From the NCBI GenBank assembly GCA_964555105.1, contig CAZKRC010000005.1, forward strand, positions 1-36,574: a stretch of 36,574 nucleotides of DNA, in the 5' to 3' direction. The stretch's first letter is position 1; each line of letters begins with the position of its first letter. Shown here in pieces: positions 16,026-24,197 of this stretch. The notes under the pieces were generated by a model. It saw nothing but the letters and a program-made list of their open reading frames with translations, searched no databases and was not told the origin of the DNA. The translations under genes were made by a program, and so were the position numbers. Origin of the DNA: an uncultured Bifidobacterium sp. (GTDB lineage Bacteria > Fibrobacterota > Fibrobacteria > UBA11236).

Positions 16026-17147
16026 TCATTCTTGATTGAACACCCCCGCGTAGTCCCCATACCCTTCCTTCTCCAGATCCTCCTTGGGAATGAAGCGCAG
16101 CGAGGCGGAATTGATGCAGTAGCGCAGGCCCGTGGGGCCGGGACCGTCGGGGAAGAGGTGACCCAGGTGCGAGTCCGCCTTGCCGCTGCGCACTTCGGTG
16201 CGCGTCATGCCATGCGAGGTGTCGGTTTTCTCGAGGACACGGGCTCCCGCCACGGGCTTCGTGAAGCTCGGCCATCCCGTGCCGCTGTTGAACTTGTCGC
16301 GAGAGCTGAACAACGGCTCACCGGAGATCACGTCGACATACAGGCCTTCGCGCTTGTTGTCCCAGTAGGCGTTGGCGAAGGGGCGCTCCGTGCCGTTGCG
16401 CCGCGTGATCTCGTATTGCTCGGGGCTGAGGCGCGCGCGCAGCGCGGCATCCGAAAGATTCGTGAGGTCGCACGCCTCGCGCGGGTCTTCGTCTTTGCCC
16501 GCGCGTGCGCTCGGGCTCGACGCCGGTTCCGTCAGGCCGTCGTTCGCGGGAGTGGGGGGCATGAGGGGTGCCGCGTCCTTGCCCCACACCCTGGCGATGA
16601 AGCCGGCGCGGCCCGAGCCGGTTTTGTACCGCTGGTAATGGCCCGGATTCAGCTGGCAGTATTTCTGGTGATAGTCCTCGGCGGGGAAAAAGCTGGTGAG
16701 CGGCTCCACCGGCACCACGATCCCGTCGCGGAACCGGCCCGAAGCCGCCAGACGGGCTTTCGATGCCTCCGCTTCTTGTTTCTGACCGTCATCATGATGG
16801 AGGATGGCCGGACGGTACTGGCTGCCACGATCCGCGAATTGCCCGTCCGCGTCGGTCGGGTCGATTTGCCGCCAGAAAATCTCCAGCAGGGTCGCATAGG
16901 AGACCGTGTGAGGATCGTAGGTGACCTGCACGGCTTCGGTATGTCCGGTCGCACCGGTGCCCACTTTCTCGTAGGTCGGCGCAGGGTCATGGCCGTTCGC
17001 GTAACCGGACACCACGCTGCTTACGCCCTCGATTTCGAGAAACGCGGCTTCAATGCACCAGAAACATCCCCCCGCGAAGGTGGCGATGGCCGTGGTTGAA
17101 GATGCCGACGCTGTCGGAAGGGGCGAAGGGGTTGAGGATTCTGTCAT
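16026..17147 (-). CDS. msrAB: Bifunctional methionine sulfoxide reductase MsrA/MsrB fusion
   Basis: MsrA active site GGCFWC near the N-terminus. C-terminal MsrB motifs GTGWPSF and RYCINS. Probable ATG at 17147 (MTESSTP) with AAGGAA upstream. The track ORF extends to 17252. Confidence 0.9.
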   Translation of the reverse strand: MTESSTPSPLPTASASSTTAIATFAGGCFWCIEAAFLEIEGVSSVVSGYANGHDPAPTYEKVGTGATGHTEAVQVTYDPHTVSYATLLEIFWRQIDPTDADGQFADRGSQYRPAILHHDDGQKQEAEASKARLAASGRFRDGIVVPVEPLTSFFPAEDYHQKYCQLNPGHYQRYKTGSGRAGFIARVWGKDAAPLMPPTPANDGLTEPASSPSARAGKDEDPREACDLTNLSDAALRARLSPEQYEITRRNGTERPFANAYWDNKREGLYVDVISGEPLFSSRDKFNSGTGWPSFTKPVAGARVLEKTDTSHGMTRTEVRSGKADSHLGHLFPDGPGPTGLRYCINSASLRFIPKEDLEKEGYGDYAGVFNQE

Positions 17148-17422
17148 GGCTGGTTCCTTGGTGTTCTTTTTGAGCGTAAGGGGTAAGCGCGGGGGAAAGG
17201 GCGGGGCCAAGGCCGGCGCGGCGAAAGCCTGCGCGGCCAACAATGCCGCCATGATGAAGGTTCCGTCGGAAAAAACGGATGCGCCGTGGGGGCGCCGTAC
17301 GGGGCGGAAATCCGGCCCATGAAGGTCATGAAACCAATCTACACGATTGTGCCGACGGGGCGGAATGAGCCTCCGTTAAAGGGCCTGGAGGCGGGGAAAA
17401 GCCGTGCGCGCCGTACGCAGGG

Positions 17423-19345
17423 TCAGGGAAGCGCGATGAGGGTACGGAAGGATTCCGTCGCCGGCTTTCGTGCGCGTACCGGCGCGCGCACTTCGATGAT
17501 GGCCAGCGTGCCTGTGGCCCGGGGAAGGGCAAACGTCTGGGGGCCCCGGCCGGGGTAGATGGCCGTTGCGCGCCCGCGCAGGTCGCGGATCGTGACCGTA
17601 TAGGCTTGCCCCGGTGCGCCGTGTACGACCAGTCGTCCGCCACGGACGGAGGCGTGCAGGGTGCCCGCACGCGCATCGCGCATGCCGGGCGTCGCGAGGG
17701 CCGTGGGATCCGCGAAGACCACACCCGTTCCCGCTCCGTTCAGCGTGTACCAGGTTTCGTTCGACCACGGAACATCCCCGGTTTCCGACTGGTAGTCGTT
17801 CAGGCGGATGTACACGACGCGCTGTTGCGTGGGTGTGGAGACCGCGATGGGGGGCAGGGCCAGGTAGACCTTGCGACGATCGGACGAGATCCGGATCTGC
17901 GAAGGCGCGAGCGTCGTGTTGCCCAGTTTGCTGCCTCCGCCGTACGCGCTGGTGGGGGTCATGTGGTAGCTTTGCACGGTGTAGCTGGTCGCGGCCTTCG
18001 CCACGACGGTGTCGACGGGTTTGGAGAATTCGATTTCAAACCCGGAGGGCCGTGCGCGTACGGCCCGCATTTCGAAGGCCGTCGTCGTGCCGCTCCAGCG
18101 GAGCTTCGCCAGGCCGAAATCGACGCGCGTCGCGTTGTTCTGGCTTTTGGGATAACCGTCGTTGTCGTTGCGGCCCCCGAGCATGCCGACATACAACATG
18201 CTGTCGGGCCCGAAGGCCAGGCGGAACACTCCGGCCTCCAAACCCCCGGTGAACACGAATGCCGCCCCCTGCCAATCACCTGCTGCGTTTTTCTCGAGGA
18301 AGTAGCGCTGGATGCCTCCCCAGCGTACGTCGCCCATCAGGACTTGTCCCTCGTACGGGCCGTGGGGCACGAGCACGGGAGCAGTGGGGGAGTTGGCGAT
18401 TTCGTTTTGCAGCGCCCACACGGTGGGGGGCGTTTCCGTCAGCACGTCCCAGGGCGCGTAATAGGCCGCCGCCAGGCCTCCCGGTTTTTTCGCTCCGTAG
18501 AATTTTCCTTCCTGGATGCAGATCAACTTGTTGGCGGGCAGCCAGTCACCCTGGTTGTCGGGAACGCAATGCCGTCCTTCCGGGCCGAAACCCAGGCCCG
18601 AGGCCGCGCGGATGCCGTTGGCGACGATGCGGAACGCACCCCGCTTGTCGGTGACGCCGTTGCCGGGCGTGACTTCGAGATACGTGCCGCGGTAGGGATT
18701 GACTTGCGGGCTGCCCTGGATGCTGCCGATCGGATCAAGCGACGAGGGGCTCACGTAGAATTTGCCGTCCTTGTACAAAAGGCCGTTGAGGTATTCCTGG
18801 CTTCCGTGCCGCGGCTTGAGGGAGTCGCCTGAGCCTTCCGCGGGCGTTCCGGGCAGAATGAAGATCGTGTCGATGCGGACCACCGGTCCTGAATTGCCGT
18901 TTCGGTTCAGGCGCACGATGGTGTTGCCGCCCGACACATACAGCGTGTCGTTGACCACCGCGAGTCCCATGATGTCCTCGAGGCCGCGCGCGATCGTGTC
19001 GATGGTGACGGTGGGCGTGGCGCCGAGCACGCCCGAGAGGACGTGGACCTTGCCGCTGAAGGCGCGTACCGTTTCTGTGACATTCGAGCCGCGCCCACGC
19101 GTCGTGTCCCAGTGCGCGATGACGAGTCGCCCGTCCGCAAGAAAGGCCATCCCGGAGACCTGGGGTTGATAACCGGGAGGGCTCAGGTCGATTTTCGTCC
19201 AGTCGGGATGCACGGTGGCCGGTACGGTCGCGGCGTGGCTCGTCGCCGCGCATGCACAGAGGCCGAGGGAGAGAAGGCAGGCCTGCACGCAGGGGGCTTG
19301 GGCAGGACGAAAAAGACGAGACAAAGGACGAAACGGTGTCGTCAC
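17423..19345 (-). CDS. Secreted beta-propeller protein (soluble sugar dehydrogenase-like fold) with Ig-like domain and T9SS-type C-terminal sorting-like domain
   Basis: GTG start. Signal peptide ...CLLSLGLCACAATSHA. Repeated propeller-like segments (GRLVIAHW, LYVSGGNTIVRL, KFYVSPSS, MLYVGMLGG). The last ~80 aa (YTVTIRDLRGRATAIYPGRGPQTFALPRATGTLAIIEV) resemble a T9SS CTD or FlgD-Ig fold. Function is uncertain. Confidence 0.6.
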   Translation of the reverse strand: MTTPFRPLSRLFRPAQAPCVQACLLSLGLCACAATSHAATVPATVHPDWTKIDLSPPGYQPQVSGMAFLADGRLVIAHWDTTRGRGSNVTETVRAFSGKVHVLSGVLGATPTVTIDTIARGLEDIMGLAVVNDTLYVSGGNTIVRLNRNGNSGPVVRIDTIFILPGTPAEGSGDSLKPRHGSQEYLNGLLYKDGKFYVSPSSLDPIGSIQGSPQVNPYRGTYLEVTPGNGVTDKRGAFRIVANGIRAASGLGFGPEGRHCVPDNQGDWLPANKLICIQEGKFYGAKKPGGLAAAYYAPWDVLTETPPTVWALQNEIANSPTAPVLVPHGPYEGQVLMGDVRWGGIQRYFLEKNAAGDWQGAAFVFTGGLEAGVFRLAFGPDSMLYVGMLGGRNDNDGYPKSQNNATRVDFGLAKLRWSGTTTAFEMRAVRARPSGFEIEFSKPVDTVVAKAATSYTVQSYHMTPTSAYGGGSKLGNTTLAPSQIRISSDRRKVYLALPPIAVSTPTQQRVVYIRLNDYQSETGDVPWSNETWYTLNGAGTGVVFADPTALATPGMRDARAGTLHASVRGGRLVVHGAPGQAYTVTIRDLRGRATAIYPGRGPQTFALPRATGTLAIIEVRAPVRARKPATESFRTLIALP

Positions 19346-19684
19346 GGGACCGCCCGGCTGAGGGATGGTTTGCAGAGACTATGGCAATATATCGGCCTCC
19401 TCGCATAAAGAACGGGAAAAACGGGAGATTTTTTTTTGGGGGGTGAGGACGTTTTGTCCGCAGGGCGCTGCGACCGCAAGAGACCTTGGGGAACCTCGGG
19501 TGTGCGGTACGCTTCGGAAACGCGGTGCCGCAGCGGCGCATGACGACAGCATGAGACTCTAAAGGCGGTCGGACGGCTCCGGGCGGTATCGGCCGAGGCG
19601 ACGGCGGAGACGGCGGCGGCGACGGATTTCGACGGCGGGTGGCGGAAGAGGACGCGAAGGATCGGGGAGGAGGTCCCGAAATGA

Positions 19685-19703
19685 CCAGGGAAGGGTTCCC
19701 TGG
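19685..19703 (-). terminator. Hairpin immediately 3' of tRNA-Lys, overlapping its CCA end
   Basis: Plus strand ccagggaa-ggg-ttccctgg forms an 8-bp stem. On the minus strand it is followed by TCATTTC, a weak U-tract. Confidence 0.35.
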
Positions 19704-19776
19704 TGAGCCAAGAAGGATTTGAACCTTCGACCCACGCCTTAAAAGGGCGCTGCTCTACCAGCTGAGCTATTGGCTC
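19701..19776 (-). tRNA. tRNA-Lys (anticodon UUU), CCA encoded
   Basis: The reverse complement folds as a cloverleaf: acceptor GAGCCAA/TTGGCTC, D-arm GCTC-AGCTGGTA-GAGC, anticodon stem GCGCC/GGCGT with loop CTTTTAA, variable loop GGGTC, T-arm GAAGG-TTCAAAT-CCTTC, discriminator A, then CCA. Length 76 nt. Confidence 0.95.
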
Positions 19777-19900
19777 CCGGGAAAAAAGGAGGAGGCAAAG
19801 ATAAGACGATGATCCTCATGCGGCAACTCCGTTTGGTGATTCCGCGACTCCCGCCGGAGGATACCCGATTATGGTGCGATTTCCTGACGACATGTAACTT

Positions 19901-20968
19901 ATGCCGATGCAATTTCCGCCTGCGGGCCATTTCGCCTCCGTCCTTCCCCCGCGGCACCGCGCGGGTTCACACATCGTGACAGCGCTGGTTGTCCCGCTCC
20001 TGCTGGCATCCGTGTCCTTACGGTCCGCGCAGGCGGCGGCTCCGGGTGAGCCGGGAGTGGCCGCGATGCCTTCCGTGGCCGAAGTGGCGGCCGCCCGGCC
20101 GGGAGGCCTTGCGGGCGCTTACACCGCATCGGGTACCGGGCCGTCCGCTTTGGGCATAAACCCGGCCGGCCTCGCCCGCGACACGGGCAGGGTGTACCAG
20201 GGTTCGGTGCGGCCCCAGCTGTCGCGCATCGGGGCGGTGGCGGGAAGTTTCCCCGCCACCGGGGGGCAGTGGGCGGTGAGCGCGACGTACGTGGACTACG
20301 ATGCGTTGGTCGCGACAGACGAAAACCAGAACGTGCAGGGGACGCTGCGGCCGTTCAACCTGTATCCGGCGGTGTCGTATGCACGCGTTCTGGGAGAACG
20401 GACGGCGGTGGGGACGAGTTTCAAGTTGGCCTATGAGACCTTGGGTGACTTTGAGGGGTCGACCCCCGCGTTTGGTGCCGGTTTTGATGTGGGCTTGCAC
20501 TATCAGGCAGCCCGCAACCTGGCTCTGGGCGCGGCGCTCACCAACGTGGGACGCCAGTTCACCGGTTACTTCGAAGGGGACGGGCGGCGTGCCTCGCTGC
20601 CGGCCGCTGTGCGTGCAGGCGCGGCGTATCAGCCGCGCGGAAACCGCAAGCTGACCCTCGTCGCCGATGCCGTCGCCCCATGGCACGCTTCGCCCTACGC
20701 CGCTTTCGGTGCGGAGTACGCGGTGCTCCCGGAGTGGATGCTTCGGGGCGGCACGCGCTGGAGCGTTGAGGATGTCCGGAACCTGATGGGCGTGATCGAT
20801 CCGAACGCGGGCATCGAGGAGCGCGGGGGGGAAGCCGTCAAGCTCGCGGTGGGCACAACCGTGGAGATGGGTCCTGTCGCGGTGGATTATGCGGCCCAGT
20901 GGTGGCGTGAACTGGGAGTGGTTCAATCCCTGTCCGTCACGTGGAAGGCCGGGCGGCGCGGACGGTGA
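19901..20968 (+). CDS. Outer-membrane beta-barrel protein, PorV/PorQ (FadL-like) family candidate
   Basis: Signal peptide IVTALVVPLLLASVSLRSAQA. N-terminal GGLAGAYTASGTGPSALGINPAGLA box typical of the PorV/UPF0164 family. Alternating hydrophobic beta-strand pattern throughout, 355 aa. Confidence 0.55.
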   Translation: MPMQFPPAGHFASVLPPRHRAGSHIVTALVVPLLLASVSLRSAQAAAPGEPGVAAMPSVAEVAAARPGGLAGAYTASGTGPSALGINPAGLARDTGRVYQGSVRPQLSRIGAVAGSFPATGGQWAVSATYVDYDALVATDENQNVQGTLRPFNLYPAVSYARVLGERTAVGTSFKLAYETLGDFEGSTPAFGAGFDVGLHYQAARNLALGAALTNVGRQFTGYFEGDGRRASLPAAVRAGAAYQPRGNRKLTLVADAVAPWHASPYAAFGAEYAVLPEWMLRGGTRWSVEDVRNLMGVIDPNAGIEERGGEAVKLAVGTTVEMGPVAVDYAAQWWRELGVVQSLSVTWKAGRRGR

Positions 20969-21000
20969 TGTGTTGCGGCGGCTTGCGGGCCGCGGCTGGT

Positions 21001-21029
21001 TGACCAATGACTAATGGACCAATGGGCTA
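21001..21029. repeat. Short heptamer-type tandem array TGACCAA TGACTAA TGGACCAA TGGGCTA
   Basis: Read directly from the sequence. The last unit contains the stop codon (cta, 21027-21029) of the minus-strand response regulator. Confidence 0.8.
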
Positions 21030-21728
21030 GTCGTCGAACCGGTAGCCCAGACCGGGCAGGTTCACGATCTTGCGGCCGAGTTCCGGGCCGAGTTTGCTGC
21101 GCAGCGATGAGATGTGAACCTTGACGGTGTGCGAATCGACGGGCGACGAATCCCCGTATCCCCACACCGTATGATAAAGATGGGTGGTGTATGCCACCAG
21201 GCCGCGCTTGCGGAGCAACATGTTCAACAGGTCGAATTCCTTGCGGGTCAAGGTCACCGGATTGCCGTTCACGTTCACTTTGCGTGAACGCAGGTCGACC
21301 ATCAGGCCTTCCGCCAGCAGGGCTTCGGGCGCGGCGTCCGTGGTGCCGTACCGCATGCCGAGGAGGGAAAGCCGCTTTTTCAGCAGCTCGGGATTTTCCG
21401 GCTTGACGATCACTTCATCCGCGCCCCGCTTGAACAGATCGAGTTGCGCCTCTTCCGTGGTGCCGGCGGACGCCAGCACCACGACGGGAATGACCGCCGT
21501 GTAAGGGCTGCTTTTCAGTGTTTCCAGCAGCAGTGAACCGTCGGAGGCGACGGCGTTCTGTTTGTCGGCGTCCAGTACGATGAACAGCGGCTGGCGAACC
21601 TTGGCCCTGGTGGGAGCATCGGCCGTGGATTCGGGGACATTGAGCTGGATGGACGCGGATTCCAGGCATTCCCGTGCCGCTTCCAGAAGTCCGGTGTCAC
21701 TGGAAACCATCATGATGACGCCGCCCAT
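21027..21728 (-). CDS. OmpR/PhoB-family response regulator (receiver plus winged-helix DNA-binding domain)
   Basis: C-terminal LTRKEFDLLNMLLRKRGLVAYTTHLYHTVWGYGDSSPVDSHTVKVHISSLRSKLG...LPGLGYRF. Receiver has LFIVLDAD (phospho-Asp), VVVLAS and VKP. Start chosen at MGGVIMMVSSD (21728). The track ORF runs to 21875, so the start is uncertain. Confidence 0.75.
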   Translation of the reverse strand: MGGVIMMVSSDTGLLEAARECLESASIQLNVPESTADAPTRAKVRQPLFIVLDADKQNAVASDGSLLLETLKSSPYTAVIPVVVLASAGTTEEAQLDLFKRGADEVIVKPENPELLKKRLSLLGMRYGTTDAAPEALLAEGLMVDLRSRKVNVNGNPVTLTRKEFDLLNMLLRKRGLVAYTTHLYHTVWGYGDSSPVDSHTVKVHISSLRSKLGPELGRKIVNLPGLGYRFDD

Positions 21729-22359
21729 CCCTTTATTGTCTTGCCGGTTCGCTTCCAAAGGAATTCCCCTCCTGAGATCCGGAACCTGGGTCCGGGGAGC
21801 GTTTGACGATGCGTCGACCGGTGCCGGTACACGGGAAGATCCGGAGTCAGTGGATAAAAGGTCGGACCCCGTCATGGGGCGATCCGGAATCGTACGTCAA
21901 ACGCCGTAAAATCAAGTCAAATTGTCTTCTTGAAAGATACACTTCTCCCTCTGCGGGGCCATCCGGAAAACGGGCGATAAAATGCGTTTCAGGCGCGTGT
22001 TACAAGATGTTTCACGGGGTGAACGGAGAACGAAGCTCTTTTTCGGGCTTAAAAGTCGGCGTTGAAAACGCGACGGTATACTATTCTCAAAAGTCGTATT
22101 GAAAAATGCCCCTCCAACACCCTGACCAGAGTCGTATGCGGGAGAAAGATCCCACAAAATGTTCCTGTCGCGGCCCGTGAGAGAAAATCAACACGATTCA
22201 TCAAACACTACCGGGGAGAACCGCGTGGTCCGAAGCTAACTTTGGGCCCGACTGCCCAGCACATGGGATTGAACGGCATCCCGCAACCTGCGAAGTGGGG
22301 AAGAGATGAAAAAATCCGGAGCTCAACATCCTGACAAGGCTCCCCTCAAGGGAGCCGGC

Positions 22360-22836
22360 ATGCCCGGAGTGGGCGACAAGGCCCCGGACTTCCGCTTGGA
22401 GAGTGATGAGGGCGAAATCGTCTCACGGGGCGATTTCGCGGGTAAAATCCTCATCATTTATTTTTATCCCAAGGACAATACTCCCGGTTGTACGCAGCAG
22501 GGCTGCGATTTTCGCGATAACCTGAACCGCCTGACGAAGGCCGGGGCCGCCGTGGTCGGCGTGAACGCGGACACCGTGGAAAGTCACCGGAAATTCAAGG
22601 CCAAACACGCCTTGACCTTCCCGCTTCTCAGCGACCCGGAACACGCCGCGCTGGAAGCGTACGGGGTGTGGCAGGAGAAAAGTCTTTACGGTCGCAAGTT
22701 TATGGGCATCGTTCGCTCGACCTTTCTCGTCGACGCCAAGGGCGTCGTGCGGAAGGTATGGCCGAAGGTGCGTGTCGCAGGCCATGTCGACGACGTGCTG
22801 GCCGCGGTGAAAGCTTTGAAAGGAGAAACAGTTTGA
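22360..22836 (+). CDS. bcp: Peroxiredoxin Bcp/PrxQ (thioredoxin-dependent thiol peroxidase)
   Basis: MPGVGDKAPDFRL..., FYPKDNTPGCTQQGCDFRD (Cys-x4-Cys). AAGGGAG sits 5 nt upstream of the ATG at 22360. Alternative ATG at 22306. Confidence 0.88.
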   Translation: MPGVGDKAPDFRLESDEGEIVSRGDFAGKILIIYFYPKDNTPGCTQQGCDFRDNLNRLTKAGAAVVGVNADTVESHRKFKAKHALTFPLLSDPEHAALEAYGVWQEKSLYGRKFMGIVRSTFLVDAKGVVRKVWPKVRVAGHVDDVLAAVKALKGETV

Positions 22837-24068
22837 CATCCTCGAACGATCGCAAGGTTCTTGTACTGGGGGGGGGCTTTGCGGCCTACCGCTTCGTGCG
22901 GGAACTGGGCAAGAAGGGGTATCAGGCCACGCTGGCCGCCCCCCGGAACCACTTCCTGTTCACGCCCTTGCTGCCGAGCACCACCGTCGGCACACTCGAG
23001 TTCCGCAGCATCCTGGAACCCCTGCGCAACCAGGATAACGCCCGGTTCCAGCTCATGGCCGCCACGGGACTTGACCGGGAGCGTCGCATCGTTTCCGGGG
23101 TCTCGCCGCTCGACGGCCGTCCCATGGAGCTGCCCTACGATGATCTCGTGATCGCCGTGGGTGCGGTCCCCGGTACCTTCGGTATTCCCGGCGTGGCCGA
23201 CCACGCGACCTTCCTCAAGGAGGTGCGCGATGCGCGCGTGATCCGTCGTCGCGTGCTGGATTGCCTCGAACTGGCCTCATCGCCCGGCATCGATCCCGCG
23301 GAACGGAAGCGCCTGTTGACGTTCGTGGTCGTCGGCGGCGGGCCCACCGGCGTGGAATTCGCCGCGGAACTGCACGATTTCATGCGCGCCGACCTTGCGG
23401 ACGTGTATCCCGACGAGGTGCGCGACTCGCACATCATCCTGCTGGAGGCCTTGCCCAAGTTGCTCGGCGCCTTCGACCAGTCGCTGTCCGACTATACCGC
23501 CAAGCGCTTCCACCGCGTGAACATCGACGTGCGCACCGAACGGCGCGTGGTCAACGTGGCGTCCGACCGCCTCGCCCTTCACGACGGCACTGAAATCTCC
23601 TTCGGCCTGCTGGTGTGGGCCACGGGCAACGCCGCCACCGACTTCGTGAAAACGATCGATTTGCCCAGGGATGGCGCCGGGCGCCTGCTTGTGGGTCCCG
23701 ATCTCAAGGTGAAAGGCGAGGAGTCGATCTACGCGCTCGGCGACTGCAGCTTCATCGAAGGAGGCCCGTTGCCCGCGACCGCACAGGTCGCCGAACAACA
23801 AGGACGATATCTCGGAAAAGCGTTCCGTCGCCGCGCGGCGGGCAAAAGCGTCGAACCCTTCGTGTACAAGAAAATGGGCATGCTGGCGTATGTGGGAGGC
23901 AACCGCGCCGTGGCCGATTTACCCGGCATCAAGGGCAGCGGCTTCGTCACCTTCCTGTTCTGGCGCTCCGTCTACCTCTCGAAGCTCGTGAGCGTGCGCA
24001 ACCGCATCCTCGTGTTCTTCGACTGGATGAAGTCGCACGTGCTGGGGCGCGACCTGTCGCGCTTTTGA
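22833..24068 (+). CDS. ndh: Type II NADH:quinone oxidoreductase (NDH-2)
   Basis: TTG start at 22833 overlaps the bcp stop (TTGA), with AGGAG at 22821-22825. Contains KVLVLGGGFAAY, VVVGGGPTGVEFAAEL, ALGDC and AQVAEQQG motifs. The track ORF N-terminal extension (22668) lies inside bcp. Confidence 0.85.
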   Translation: MTSSNDRKVLVLGGGFAAYRFVRELGKKGYQATLAAPRNHFLFTPLLPSTTVGTLEFRSILEPLRNQDNARFQLMAATGLDRERRIVSGVSPLDGRPMELPYDDLVIAVGAVPGTFGIPGVADHATFLKEVRDARVIRRRVLDCLELASSPGIDPAERKRLLTFVVVGGGPTGVEFAAELHDFMRADLADVYPDEVRDSHIILLEALPKLLGAFDQSLSDYTAKRFHRVNIDVRTERRVVNVASDRLALHDGTEISFGLLVWATGNAATDFVKTIDLPRDGAGRLLVGPDLKVKGEESIYALGDCSFIEGGPLPATAQVAEQQGRYLGKAFRRRAAGKSVEPFVYKKMGMLAYVGGNRAVADLPGIKGSGFVTFLFWRSVYLSKLVSVRNRILVFFDWMKSHVLGRDLSRF

Positions 24069-24096
24069 CGCGGGCGCGGCATGGAGCGGAGGCCTC

Positions 24097-24180
24097 CTCC
24101 CGTTCCATGTCGCCTCTCCCGTTCCATGTCGCCTCTCCCGTTCCCGCGCCCCGTGCGTCCCGTTCCCGTCCCGTTTCCCG
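24097..24180. repeat. 19-bp direct repeat x2 followed by degenerate CCCGTT-type C-tract repeats
   Basis: ctcccgttccatgtcgcct occurs at 24097-24115 and 24116-24134. It is followed by ctcccgttcccgcgccccgtgcgtcccgttcccgtcccgtttccc, which has at least seven C3-4 tracts with short loops (G-quadruplex motif on the minus strand). Confidence 0.85.
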
Positions 24181-24197
24181 GGATTAATTCGTAATTC

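Noticed and set aside
19346-19900. tRNA-Lys as an integration hotspot marking a genomic island.
   Set aside because: No integrase, no direct repeat of the tRNA 3' end and no compositional break were seen on either side. The flanking genes have host-like GC.
22668-22832. N-terminal extensions of track ORFs: ndh from 22668, mqnA from 26134, methyltransferase to 9984, ppiC-like to 12857, tpx from 5841, ccp from 29783, tal from 31055, msrAB to 17252.
   Set aside because: The extensions overlap well-supported neighbouring genes or are Arg/Pro-rich and unlike the protein family N-termini. Internal starts with Shine-Dalgarno-like sequences or stop/start overlaps fit the family lengths better.
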